Positions 1-9,018 of a DNA stretch of 64,000 nucleotides are shown here, in pieces. How positions within the stretch are numbered: the stretch's first letter is position 1; each line of letters begins with the position of its first letter. A program made the translations under genes and the position numbers. This DNA comes from a virus. Below the pieces are notes generated by a model. That model searched no databases, was not told the origin of the DNA, and saw only the letters and a program-made list of their open reading frames with translations. Location of the stretch: IMG/VR virus record IMGVR_UViG_3300035698_007281, positions 1 through 64,000 of that record; one strand, written 5' to 3'.

Positions 1-4
1 CCTA

Positions 5-1378
5 ATGGCTTATGCTGACTTCGTCATTACGAAAGGATCGGCGGCTTCCGATGTGAATGGCGGTGGTCCCAATCTCGGGGTCAATGATGGTCCCGTTGAC
101 GCTAGCAATGACTGCACTTCCGATGGAGCCGGTACTTCCATTACAGACAATAACGCTGGAGGCTGGGCAACTGCATCGGTAGACGATTGGATCTGCTTCG
201 ACACGGCGGGGACCAAGGACTTCGCCCGCATCACGAACATCACAGGAGAAGTGCTGACTGTCACGCCTGCGGTTGCATTGGGCGCTGCTAATAAGAACGT
301 CAACGTCGGCGGGGCGTGGTCTACGTGGCAGCATGGGATAGAGGATACGATTACGACCGGATTTGTGAATAGCGCCGCCGATCCCCCGCGAATCAACATC
401 AAGTACAGCGCAACGGCGTGGTCGGATAATTCGATCATGCCGCCCGCTATGTCAGTCGATATTCCCTTGATGATCGAGGGGTACGAAACAACCTTTGGTG
501 ACGGATGCCCCAACGGGAATCGACCCAAGAACGTCGCAACGACCTCTAATTGTATCGTTATCTCGTCCGTTGGGTCCGCTCGATACCTAACAGTTAAGAA
601 TCTGTATATCGAGAGAACCAGCGGGAACGGTATCTACCTATACGGCCCGGACTACCTCAACTTCTCCAACATCTATATCAAGGTCAGCACGGGGACGGGC
701 GTACACGGTCAAGGGCGGACCGGCAATTATTGGGAGGGTTGCTATGTCGAAAAGAGTGGGGATGGGCCATGTTGGACGCTGATTTATGGCGGACAATTTG
801 CGTGCGTCGATTGTGTCGCGAAGGGCGGAACGAACGGTTGGGTTGTGGATGCGGGCGAAGATTTGTCGTTGATCGGATGCATTGGGTACGGTCAATCGGG
901 CGACATCGTTTACTACAACAACTTTGCGGGCATTGTCAAGAATTGCGTCTTTCACGGGTCCACTGGTGGAAGCGGTATTCGTTACGTGGACAACACAGCG
1001 GGAGTTGTGTCAAACTGCATATTCTACGATAACAACCAATATGGGATCGAATGCGACGGCCCAGGAAACCTCGTCCTACGCAACAACGCATACGGAGCGA
1101 ACGGAGTAGCGGCTACCAAGAACGCGCCTAGCGCGGTTGGGACAGCGACTCTGACCGGCGACCCGTTTACTAATGCAGCGAGCGGTGACTTCTCTCTGAA
1201 CGATACAGCGGGCGCGGGGGCAGCTTGTCGAGCGGCTGGTTTCCCTGGTGCGTTGATTCATGGCGGCACGGGCTTCCTCGACATCGGTGCATTGCAACAT
1301 GAAGATGCTGGTGGCGGTGGTGGGGGTGGTAATGGATTTACTGGCATAGGTTCAAAACTCCTCGGGAGAACTGGCTAA
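5..1378 (+). CDS. Right-handed parallel beta-helix (pectin lyase-like) virion accessory or receptor-binding protein
   Basis: 457 aa with repeated beta-helix turns (GIYLYG, VKNCVF, VSNCIFYDNNQYGI), C-terminal GDPF..AASGDFSL and DIGALQ motifs; sits in the structural module. Confidence 0.65.
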   Translation: MAYADFVITKGSAASDVNGGGPNLGVNDGPVDASNDCTSDGAGTSITDNNAGGWATASVDDWICFDTAGTKDFARITNITGEVLTVTPAVALGAANKNVNVGGAWSTWQHGIEDTITTGFVNSAADPPRINIKYSATAWSDNSIMPPAMSVDIPLMIEGYETTFGDGCPNGNRPKNVATTSNCIVISSVGSARYLTVKNLYIERTSGNGIYLYGPDYLNFSNIYIKVSTGTGVHGQGRTGNYWEGCYVEKSGDGPCWTLIYGGQFACVDCVAKGGTNGWVVDAGEDLSLIGCIGYGQSGDIVYYNNFAGIVKNCVFHGSTGGSGIRYVDNTAGVVSNCIFYDNNQYGIECDGPGNLVLRNNAYGANGVAATKNAPSAVGTATLTGDPFTNAASGDFSLNDTAGAGAACRAAGFPGALIHGGTGFLDIGALQHEDAGGGGGGGNGFTGIGSKLLGRTG

Positions 1379-4300
1379 TGTGGACGAAACCAGGACGAGC
1401 GGAAGGTGGGAGGTTCACTACCACGAACTCCGATGGCGCTCTTGTCGCCGCCGACGCTACCCCCACCGGGGTTGTGTTTTTCGATGGCGTCTCCGATACA
1501 TCCACGGTCACAATTACCAGTGACGCCGTTGGGAAGTACGCCTGGGCCGTCACCGTCTCTGATGTCGCCATCCCTGGAACAAGGGCCGAGATTGAACTCA
1601 GAGCCACCATTGTTTCCATCTCGACCGCCGATGTGATCGAGATCGGCCGGGTGGTTCCGGCGGATCGGTGGAACTCCTCAATGAGCGACACCGACGCCTG
1701 GGATGTAAACGTTACCCACATCTCTGACTTCCTTCAGTCCGCCGGGGATGTGGTCTCCGATGCTCTAGGAGCCTGGGCCGCCGCCTCGGCCGGGGCCGCG
1801 CCCACCAGTGATGCCAACGCGGTCGCCGTCTGGGCCAGCGCTTCCAGGACCATCACCACACCCGCCTCAGACTTCATGGCCACCGGATTCAGTGTTCACT
1901 CGGCCGCCGATGTTTGGACGGCGGGGTCCAGGGAACTCAGTACTCCCGCCAATTACAAGGCAACTGGATTTTCGACCCACGCCGCCGCCGACGTGTGGAC
2001 TTCGGGAACGCGAACCCTGACGACCCCGGCCTCCGACTTCATGGCCACCGGATTTGTCTTGGCCAGCAAGATGCCCCCGGCGTGGTCGGATCTCAACATT
2101 GTGGACGGGGTGATCGACGCCAACACAGTACAGATCTCCTCGGACGCCGGGGCGGCCGATGCCCTGGAGTCTCAGTACGACACGACCGGCCTTAACGGCC
2201 CGACCTACCCCGCCCCCCAGTCTCAGATCACCGGGATCGCCAACGTAGGCGCGGCCTCCAATGTTCCGGTCATCGCGGCCCCGAACGGGTTTGTGATCAC
2301 CACGGGAACGGGCGAGGTCAATGACGAAGACGCGACCAAGTCGCCGGACGGAACCCTCCACCAGATCAGCGATGATGGCGGGACTTTGGATGTCTACTAT
2401 CTGATCGACATCGAGGGCGATGGCGTCCCGGTTTCCGTCACGTTCCTGGGCCGGGCCAACGGCCTGAACGATGACCTGACCATCTGGGTCAACACGGGGA
2501 CGATTGCCTCGCCGACGTGGGAACAACGGGACACCTTGACCGGGATCCCCCAGTCAGTCAATACCCCCAAAACTGTCACCGTGTACACTACCGATGGCAT
2601 GACCGGGGCTGACGCCGGGAAGGTCGCCCTCCGATTCTACGGGACCGGGTTGAACTCGGCCACCTTGTCCATCGATCACATGTTCGGGAGTAAGACGAGC
2701 AAAGCGGACAACACCGGCTACCAACTAGGAGCGATCTGGATTGACGAGGACTCCGGCAACACAAACACGGTCGCGGACGTGGACGGAACTGCAAGGAACC
2801 CTTGCACCTGGGTGGCCGGGCAAACCCTGAACGGATCTCTCGGTTTCAACAAGTTCCGTATCGCCAACGGGAACACAATCGTCCCGTCGGATTCCCTGAC
2901 GAACTTCACCTTGGAGGGGCAAAACTGGACCCTCCAGTTGAACGGTCAGGTCATCACAGGCCTCCACACCCAGGGCGCGAACGTCTTCGGCACGGCCACG
3001 GCCACGGATGAACCTGGGTGGCATGATTGCAGTTTTGGCGTGGGTACTTATCCCCCTGGCGAGTGGAGGGATTGTGGGTTCGGTGTCAGTGACGGCCTAT
3101 TCACTGGAGGCCAGGACGGCAACTACACTTTCATCAACCCCGTTTCCCTGGTCCCCGATCCGGGGACTCCGGACTTCACCTGGGCCGGGCGGGGAACAAC
3201 TGGCATCAACTACCGGGGAGGTCATGGTGGGTTCGCGGGAACGTTGTCTTCGGATTGCACCGTTACCGTGGAAACGGATGGCGGGGGTGGCCAGACATTC
3301 AACACCAACGGGGCGAGCGTGGAACTTCGGGGGATCTTCCGAGAGGCTACGTTCAATTGTTCCGGTGCGGGTACGATCCAACAGGTCGGTGTTTGTGGAC
3401 CGATCACCATCACCGGCACGGCCACCACGGCGGTCAAACTTTACGGAGTCTCCTCCGAGGTGACCGACACCAGTACCGGGACCGCCGTATCCGATTACAC
3501 CGTCTCCCGATCCAACGTTCAGAGCGATGTTTGGACCAACACGGATCGGACCTTGACGACTCCCCTCAGTGATTTCCACGCCGTTCCGTCGGATACCTGG
3601 GCCGCCTCCTCCAGGACCTTGACCACAGAGGCCAGCGACTACTGGGTCCCGCCGTCTGATGTCTGGGCCGCCAGTGGACGCGCTTTGTCCACCCCCTCCG
3701 ACTACTACGGGATCCAGGGATCGGACGCCACAATCGCCGGTGTGTGGGCCTATGTTTCCCGGACCCTGACGACCCCGGCCAGTGACTTCAAGGCCACCGG
3801 GTTCAGCGTTCACTCGGCCGCTGATGTTTGGTCTTCGGGAACACGAACCCTGACCACACCGGCCAGTGACTTCAAGGCCACGGTCCCGACCTCGGACGCC
3901 AACGCGGTCGCCGTCTGGGCCAGCGCTTCCAGGACCTTGACGACCCCGGTCTCGGACTTCCACGCCCCGGCCTCCGATGTCTGGGCCGCCAGTGGCCGGT
4001 TGATTGAGAACCCGTCCAGCGATTACATGGCCACCGGGTTCAGTGTTCACTCGGCCGCCGATGTTTGGACGGCGGGGTCCAGAGCGTTGAGTGTCCCCTC
4101 CGACTACTATGGGGCATCGTCTGACGCCAACGCCACCGCCGTCTGGGTAAGTGGGACTCGGACCCTGACGACCCCGGCCTCCGACTTCATGTCCACCGGG
4201 TTCTCGACCCACGCGGCCTCTGATGTCTGGGCCTCCACCACCAGATCCTTGACGACCCCGGCCTCCGATTTCCAAGCCACGGTCCCGACCTCCGACGCCA

Positions 4301-4506
4301 TCGCCCAGGCCGTTCTGATCACCTCGGTCAGCGATGTCGTTGGCAGCCTGACCCCCCACAGTCTGGGCGTCTTGGTCCTGGGTGGTCTGGAGTCGTCCAG
4401 GAGTGGCCTGACGTGGACGATCTACCAAACGGACGGGGTCACCCCTCTGTTCACCAAGACCCTCACCAGTGATTCCACCGCCGTCCCGGTCACGGGGGTG
4501 ACTTAA
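1378..4506 (+). CDS. Large repeat-containing virion protein (VW..R.LTTPASDF repeats flanking a central beta-rich domain)
   Basis: 1042 aa, TAATG-coupled to the upstream gene; T/S/A/G-rich; about 38 SD dipeptides by hand count. Confidence 0.7.
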   Translation: MWTKPGRAEGGRFTTTNSDGALVAADATPTGVVFFDGVSDTSTVTITSDAVGKYAWAVTVSDVAIPGTRAEIELRATIVSISTADVIEIGRVVPADRWNSSMSDTDAWDVNVTHISDFLQSAGDVVSDALGAWAAASAGAAPTSDANAVAVWASASRTITTPASDFMATGFSVHSAADVWTAGSRELSTPANYKATGFSTHAAADVWTSGTRTLTTPASDFMATGFVLASKMPPAWSDLNIVDGVIDANTVQISSDAGAADALESQYDTTGLNGPTYPAPQSQITGIANVGAASNVPVIAAPNGFVITTGTGEVNDEDATKSPDGTLHQISDDGGTLDVYYLIDIEGDGVPVSVTFLGRANGLNDDLTIWVNTGTIASPTWEQRDTLTGIPQSVNTPKTVTVYTTDGMTGADAGKVALRFYGTGLNSATLSIDHMFGSKTSKADNTGYQLGAIWIDEDSGNTNTVADVDGTARNPCTWVAGQTLNGSLGFNKFRIANGNTIVPSDSLTNFTLEGQNWTLQLNGQVITGLHTQGANVFGTATATDEPGWHDCSFGVGTYPPGEWRDCGFGVSDGLFTGGQDGNYTFINPVSLVPDPGTPDFTWAGRGTTGINYRGGHGGFAGTLSSDCTVTVETDGGGGQTFNTNGASVELRGIFREATFNCSGAGTIQQVGVCGPITITGTATTAVKLYGVSSEVTDTSTGTAVSDYTVSRSNVQSDVWTNTDRTLTTPLSDFHAVPSDTWAASSRTLTTEASDYWVPPSDVWAASGRALSTPSDYYGIQGSDATIAGVWAYVSRTLTTPASDFKATGFSVHSAADVWSSGTRTLTTPASDFKATVPTSDANAVAVWASASRTLTTPVSDFHAPASDVWAASGRLIENPSSDYMATGFSVHSAADVWTAGSRALSVPSDYYGASSDANATAVWVSGTRTLTTPASDFMSTGFSTHAASDVWASTTRSLTTPASDFQATVPTSDAIAQAVLITSVSDVVGSLTPHSLGVLVLGGLESSRSGLTWTIYQTDGVTPLFTKTLTSDSTAVPVTGVT
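1801..2055 (+). repeat. N-terminal block of intragenic repeats (VW..G/S.R.L.TP.SDF)
   Basis: DNA nearly identical to copies near 3895-3940 and 4028-4082. Confidence 0.85.
3523..4308 (+). repeat. C-terminal block of about 10 intragenic repeats (VW...R.LTTP.SD[FY])
   Basis: Visible in both protein and DNA. Confidence 0.85.
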
Positions 4507-4757
4507 TGTCTTACCTCGGTGGACCTATTGGGTGGATCATTCTTCCTCTGGGTGGGTTCACCATACCGTCTCATGTTGTTCCTACCATGTCCATCGGGAT
4601 GACCGTGGGACGGTGGGCCACAGCGGGATCGGCGAAGCGGTGTCCCACGTCTGGATCGTCCAGACGTGGGGGTACGACAGGCACGGCCGGGCGCGGGGGT
4701 ACGTCCGGAAGCGTGGGCCGGAAGGGCTTTACAGTGACCGTTTCGGTCGAGGAGTAG
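4506..4757 (+). CDS. Small hypothetical virion-module protein
   Basis: 83 aa, TAATG-coupled; G/T/S/R quasi-repeats. Confidence 0.55.
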   Translation: MSYLGGPIGWIILPLGGFTIPSHVVPTMSIGMTVGRWATAGSAKRCPTSGSSRRGGTTGTAGRGGTSGSVGRKGFTVTVSVEE

Positions 4758-4760
4758 ATC

Positions 4761-5123
4761 ATGAGTGTGGATTTGCAGATCAAGAAAGGTGACACGCGGG
4801 ACTGGTCATTCACTCTGAGTGACTCCAGCGGAGACGCCGTGGATCTCACGAGCGCCAGGGTGTGGTTCCGCTTGAAAGCCTCGGAGTGGGCCTCCTCCAC
4901 CTACTTCGACCGGGACACAGGTGGATCCGGGAATGACTCGGACATCACGGTTGGTACACCGGCCTCGGATGGTGGGGTGACCATCACACCTTCGGCCTCG
5001 GACTGGACCGAGATCAGCGACAATTACGGTATCTACGTCGGGGAGTTCAAGGTCTCCGACGCGAACCAGGACGTGTTCTTCACGAAGGATGTGACGGTTG
5101 ACATCCAGGAGGCGTTGTTCTAA
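4761..5123 (+). CDS. BppU N-terminal-like Ig-fold structural protein
   Basis: IKKGDT..W.FTL.D..G.AVDLT.A.V.F pattern; GAGGAG RBS. Confidence 0.6.
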   Translation: MSVDLQIKKGDTRDWSFTLSDSSGDAVDLTSARVWFRLKASEWASSTYFDRDTGGSGNDSDITVGTPASDGGVTITPSASDWTEISDNYGIYVGEFKVSDANQDVFFTKDVTVDIQEALF

Positions 5124-5989
5124 TGGCCCTAGACTCAACCAAAACTCTGGCCCAACTCGCGGAGGTGAAACGATACCTCCAGATCCCGGAGTCCGACACT
5201 TCCGACGACCGCCTGATCGACGAACTGATCACCGTGGCCTCCCAGGTGATCCGGAACGATGTGGGATGTGACATCGTCCAGGCCACCTACACCAACGAGG
5301 CCCACGATGGGGATGGTGGGTGTCATCTCTTCCTGGACAACTGGCCCCTGGTCGGGGTGGACAATCTATCGGTGGGCTTCGCGGCCTCATGCACGGTCAC
5401 GTACACAGGTACAGGCACACACGCGACTGTGGAGGTCCGGAGCGACCGTGTACGCCTCCGACACGCCGAGGTCGGTGTCTGGACCGCCACCGAGTTCCTC
5501 TTCTCGTCCTACGCAACCCTGACCCTCCTGGCCGCCGCTATCGAGGCCGTCAGTGGATGGGGGACCAGCGTGGTCTCCGGATACGGGAACTATCCGGTGA
5601 CCGAGGTCCTGGCCAGACCGGCCAGAAGCGCCTTGAACCGGGCCGTGGATTTTGAAGTCCCTGACGAGTGTGAGACCGAGTACGAGATCTTCAACTCACC
5701 GAAGGCGGTCGTCTTTTCATCCTATGGGTTCACCGGGGGGACCAAGAACGTCTTCGTCACTTACACGGCCGGGTACTTGCGGAGCGAGATCCCTGAACCC
5801 CTTCGGTCGGCGTGTTCGGAACTCACCGCCCTGGTCTTCCGCCAAGCCAAGCGGGATATGACGATGTTGGAGGAGGATATCGGCGACTACCGGTACAAGG
5901 CCGTGGCGTCCGTCAAGGCCGTCTACGAGACTTCGATGTTGCCCCTGAAGACTCAACCCTATTCCCGGCCCATGATTTACGGAGCGTGA
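5123..5989 (+). CDS. Head-tail connector/adaptor (gp6/gp15-like) with an internal insertion
   Basis: LAEVKRYLQI...DDRLIDELITVAS at the N-terminus; VTYTAGY...IPEPLRSAC and E.IGDY.Y at the C-terminus. Confidence 0.8.
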   Translation: MALDSTKTLAQLAEVKRYLQIPESDTSDDRLIDELITVASQVIRNDVGCDIVQATYTNEAHDGDGGCHLFLDNWPLVGVDNLSVGFAASCTVTYTGTGTHATVEVRSDRVRLRHAEVGVWTATEFLFSSYATLTLLAAAIEAVSGWGTSVVSGYGNYPVTEVLARPARSALNRAVDFEVPDECETEYEIFNSPKAVVFSSYGFTGGTKNVFVTYTAGYLRSEIPEPLRSACSELTALVFRQAKRDMTMLEEDIGDYRYKAVASVKAVYETSMLPLKTQPYSRPMIYGA

Positions 5990-5992
5990 TCC

Positions 5993-6343
5993 ATGAGCGT
6001 CCGATCTCTATGCAACAAGACGGCTACGGTGAACTCGAAGACCCGGTCCGTCCGGAACGAGTACGGTGGTTGGGTTGAGACCGACACCGCCAAGTTCACG
6101 GATATGCCGATTCGGATTGCGCCCATTAAGGGTGATGAACACCGCCTATACAACATGGAACGGACTGTGGTGACCAACAAAGGTTTCGTTCCTCTCGACG
6201 GGACCGACTACTCCACGATTTCTAGGGATGATGAAATTGTGGTTGACGGGATCACCTACGAGATCCACGTCGTGCGAAACATCGACTTGATGGGGTCCCA
6301 CTTGGAGATCATGCTCCGACAGGTGGATCCCGAGGTGACTTGA
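5993..6343 (+). CDS. Head closure protein (SPP1 gp16-like)
   Basis: NEYGGW, DEIVVDGITYEI..V.N.D...SHLEI; synteny. Confidence 0.75.
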   Translation: MSVRSLCNKTATVNSKTRSVRNEYGGWVETDTAKFTDMPIRIAPIKGDEHRLYNMERTVVTNKGFVPLDGTDYSTISRDDEIVVDGITYEIHVVRNIDLMGSHLEIMLRQVDPEVT

Positions 6344-6344
6344 T

Positions 6345-6791
6345 ATGCCTTATGTGTGGTACGGAAAAAAGGTGAAATGGGAGATCCTCGATTGGACCAG
6401 GAAACGTTTGATTGAGGCGGCTTTCCTGTATGAACAGACCATCAAACTCTCCATGAAGAAGGGAGGCCGGACAGAATCCGGCTTTGCGCGGCCCCGCCGG
6501 GGGACTAAACGAACCATGGAGGATCCCCTTTCCGGGAAGAAGGTCGGGAAGATTAACTCCCACCGGTCCAAGCCGGGAGAGGTTCCTCGTGTCCAGACAG
6601 GCCGTCTTCGGCGGTCGATCACAACGTGGTTTCACCCTAAACTCCCGATTGCTAGGGTGGGAACTAATGTGAAGTATGCGAAACCCTTGGAACTGGGAAC
6701 CCGGCGAATGAAACCCAGGCCCTTCATGCGTCCGGCTCTGATGAAAGTGAAAGGTAAGATCGTGGCCATGTTTGCCAAGGGAAAAAAGTAA
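6345..6791 (+). CDS. HK97 gp10-like tail completion protein
   Basis: S.PGE.P.V.TG.LRRSI, VGTNVKYA..LE.GT.RM.PRPFMRPA. Confidence 0.85.
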   Translation: MPYVWYGKKVKWEILDWTRKRLIEAAFLYEQTIKLSMKKGGRTESGFARPRRGTKRTMEDPLSGKKVGKINSHRSKPGEVPRVQTGRLRRSITTWFHPKLPIARVGTNVKYAKPLELGTRRMKPRPFMRPALMKVKGKIVAMFAKGKK

Positions 6792-6831
6792 AGTTTGGAT
6801 CTCCCCAGGCCGATTACTTGGATAGGAAAAC

Positions 6832-7239
6832 ATGCTTCAACAGATACTGAAGATCATCCCGGCAACGATCAACGCCGACAGTGACTTGTCGGCCACACTG
6901 TCGTCTGATGTCTACTTCGACGAGGTTCCCCCGGACGGAACGGTGGGGATGCCCTATATCACGTATCACGTTGTGGGTGGGCCTTCCCCGATGATGGTGT
7001 TCGACCCGAACACGTCGTGGGATGAAGTCCTGGTCCAGGTCTCGATCTTCGAGGATACGCTACACAATCCGGCGGCCATCGAGATCATCGCCAGTGATGT
7101 TGATCTTCTCTTCCACCGCCAGATTTTGTCGTTTGATGGCGCAACCCACGTCGGTTGTGTCCGTTCAGGTGGGACCGGCCCGACCCGCCTGGATGATTGT
7201 TGGCAACGGACCATTGATTACACCATCGAACTTCTCTAG
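6832..7239 (+). CDS. Tail terminator (DUF3168-like)
   Basis: VYFDEVP....PYITY..V...VQVSIF; synteny. Confidence 0.75.
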   Translation: MLQQILKIIPATINADSDLSATLSSDVYFDEVPPDGTVGMPYITYHVVGGPSPMMVFDPNTSWDEVLVQVSIFEDTLHNPAAIEIIASDVDLLFHRQILSFDGATHVGCVRSGGTGPTRLDDCWQRTIDYTIELL

Positions 7240-7251
7240 GAGGCGTGCAAA

Positions 7252-7632
7252 ATGGCGGCAGTAAAAGGCTATACCGGACAGGTTGACCTCGGATTGGTTG
7301 TGGACTCGGATGTGGCCTACGCCACACACTCGTGGTCACTGAACCTCTCCGCTGAAACCAACGACATTACCGACTTCACCACCACCGGGTGGCGGAAGTT
7401 CCTGGCCGGACTCAAAGGCTGGGACGGCAGCGTGGAACTCTACGTGGATTCGACCAATATGATCCAGCCCTCCGATGTCGGGAGCGAGGTCACCGGCCGG
7501 TTCTACTTTAACGCCACCAACGGCCTGTCCGGCCTGTGTTTGATCACCGGCTGGAACCCGTCGGTCGGCGTCGAGGGCGTCGAGACCCAGACCCTGAACA
7601 TCCAGGGATCGTCGGATCTGACGTACTTCTAA
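7252..7632 (+). CDS. Tail tube protein, paralogue 1
   Basis: WSL..S.ET.D.TDF...GWR.F.AGLKGW.GS; AGGAGG RBS. Confidence 0.8.
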   Translation: MAAVKGYTGQVDLGLVVDSDVAYATHSWSLNLSAETNDITDFTTTGWRKFLAGLKGWDGSVELYVDSTNMIQPSDVGSEVTGRFYFNATNGLSGLCLITGWNPSVGVEGVETQTLNIQGSSDLTYF

Positions 7633-7666
7633 ACCACTCTGGCCCCTTGACACAGGAGGTGGTCAC

Positions 7667-8296
7667 ATGACCGCGCTCAAAGGATATGTAGGGGCGTTCT
7701 ATATTGTCAGTGATGCGTCGGTCTACTCCGACATCTCGGCCGAAGCAGTAGGTACGGGAACGGGAGCGGCCACCGACTTCGCACTGGTGAACGAGAACGT
7801 CGAGGACGACCCCGATCTCCTGACCGTGGCGGTCAGTGGGGTCAGCCAACAAAGGGGCGCGGACTTCACGTTCTCGCCCGACGGCCGGATCGTATTCTCC
7901 ACGGCCCCAACCAGTGACTATCTCGTGACGGCGGACTACCGGTATTACCCCAACATGATTCAGGCCGGTGGGTTCTACAGTTGGGCCTTCGAGGTTTCCT
8001 CCGAGACCCTTGACGACACCGACTTCTCCACCACCGGATGGCGGTCGTTCTGCGCCGGTCTCAAGGGTTGGACTGGGTCGGCCGAGAGGCATTGGTCCAC
8101 CCTGGTCACGTCGGACTTCATAACCATGGTCGGCAGTAAGACCATCGTCAAGTTCTTCCTGGACGAGGGCAACGTGAAGTACTACACCGGCTGGGCGCAG
8201 GTCACGGGTGTGAACCCGTCCACCTCCGTCGAGGCCTTGGTCGAAGAACCCCTGACGCTACAGGGGACGGAGTTGATGCGAGGCGTCGGGACGTAA
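7667..8296 (+). CDS. Tail tube protein, paralogue 2, with an inserted Ig-like domain
   Basis: Same tube motifs as 7252-7632 plus an ~80-aa insert (EAVGTG.G..TDF...GRIVFSTAP...VTADY). Confidence 0.75.
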   Translation: MTALKGYVGAFYIVSDASVYSDISAEAVGTGTGAATDFALVNENVEDDPDLLTVAVSGVSQQRGADFTFSPDGRIVFSTAPTSDYLVTADYRYYPNMIQAGGFYSWAFEVSSETLDDTDFSTTGWRSFCAGLKGWTGSAERHWSTLVTSDFITMVGSKTIVKFFLDEGNVKYYTGWAQVTGVNPSTSVEALVEEPLTLQGTELMRGVGT

Positions 8297-8323
8297 CCCT
8301 GGACCTCCCAACCTTAGGAGAGG

Positions 8324-8845
8324 ATGACGATGTCGAAGACAAGCAACAACCTGGACGAGGCCCTCGGCCGTGAACTGGAAGTGGAACTCGGTGGGAACGT
8401 GTACAAGATGAGTCCCTTGACTATGGGGGACTGGAAGGACTTCCGGGGCCATGTCCGGGGTCAGCGGATCAGGGCTGCCTTGGAGGGAGTCGGTGATACC
8501 CTGGACGCCGAAGACAAGAGATCCATTGTGGTCCAGTTGTCGTCGGCGGTGATCACTGAGTTCGAGCAGGCGCAAGAGTTCCTCACTCCGGAGGGGATCT
8601 CGTACATGTTGTGGAGATCCATCCGCCGGAACCATCCGGAGGTGACATGGTCCCAGATCGAAGAGGTCGTGGCCGACGAGGATCTCGACAAGTTGATGGC
8701 CCTCCAGGAGGGCCTGAACGTGGATCTCGAAGAGGACGGTGATGAGGCGGACCCTCCGGAGGGGGAGACACCTTCCGGTGGGACTATTGCGTCTCCCTCC
8801 TCCAGTGGCACTACAAGTTCTCCCTCCAAGACATCCTCGACCTGA
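8324..8845 (+). CDS. Tail assembly chaperone (gpG-like)
   Basis: Between tube and tape measure; acidic; low-complexity tail after DPP. Confidence 0.75.
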   Translation: MTMSKTSNNLDEALGRELEVELGGNVYKMSPLTMGDWKDFRGHVRGQRIRAALEGVGDTLDAEDKRSIVVQLSSAVITEFEQAQEFLTPEGISYMLWRSIRRNHPEVTWSQIEEVVADEDLDKLMALQEGLNVDLEEDGDEADPPEGETPSGGTIASPSSSGTTSSPSKTSST

Positions 8846-9006
8846 CTCCGTCCCAGTTCAGGATCAGGTTGGGTGATGTGTTCGAGATTCTCTCACACAT
8901 GAACTCGCCCGACGGCAAAGGCCGAATCGTGAAGGAGGACCGGCGGAAGATCGCGGCCAAGATCGCGGACAAAGGAATCAGACCCCCGGTGTTCATTCCA
9001 GGCTAG
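8746..9006 (+). CDS. Tail chaperone gpT-like extension reached by -1 frameshift
   Basis: -1 frame open from 8746 to TAG 9004-9006 (FRWDYCVSLLQWHYKFSLQDILDLTPSQF...) with no start codon of its own upstream of this motif. Confidence 0.7.
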   Translation, partial: GGPSGGGDTFRWDYCVSLLQWHYKFSLQDILDLTPSQFRIRLGDVFEILSHMNSPDGKGRIVKEDRRKIAAKIADKGIRPPVFIPG

Positions 9007-9018
9007 TAGGAGTTTCCC

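Noticed and set aside
1801-4308. Diversity-generating retroelement template/variable repeat pair
   Set aside because: Both copies lie within one ORF, differences are not adenine-specific, and no reverse transcriptase is present
3097-4428. 443-aa minus-strand ORF, and similar long shadow ORFs at 17593-19236, 42029-43465, 46212-47675 and 62678-63961
   Set aside because: Antisense shadows of real GC-rich genes with no motifs, RBS or promoter, unlike the two HNH ORFs in the methyltransferase
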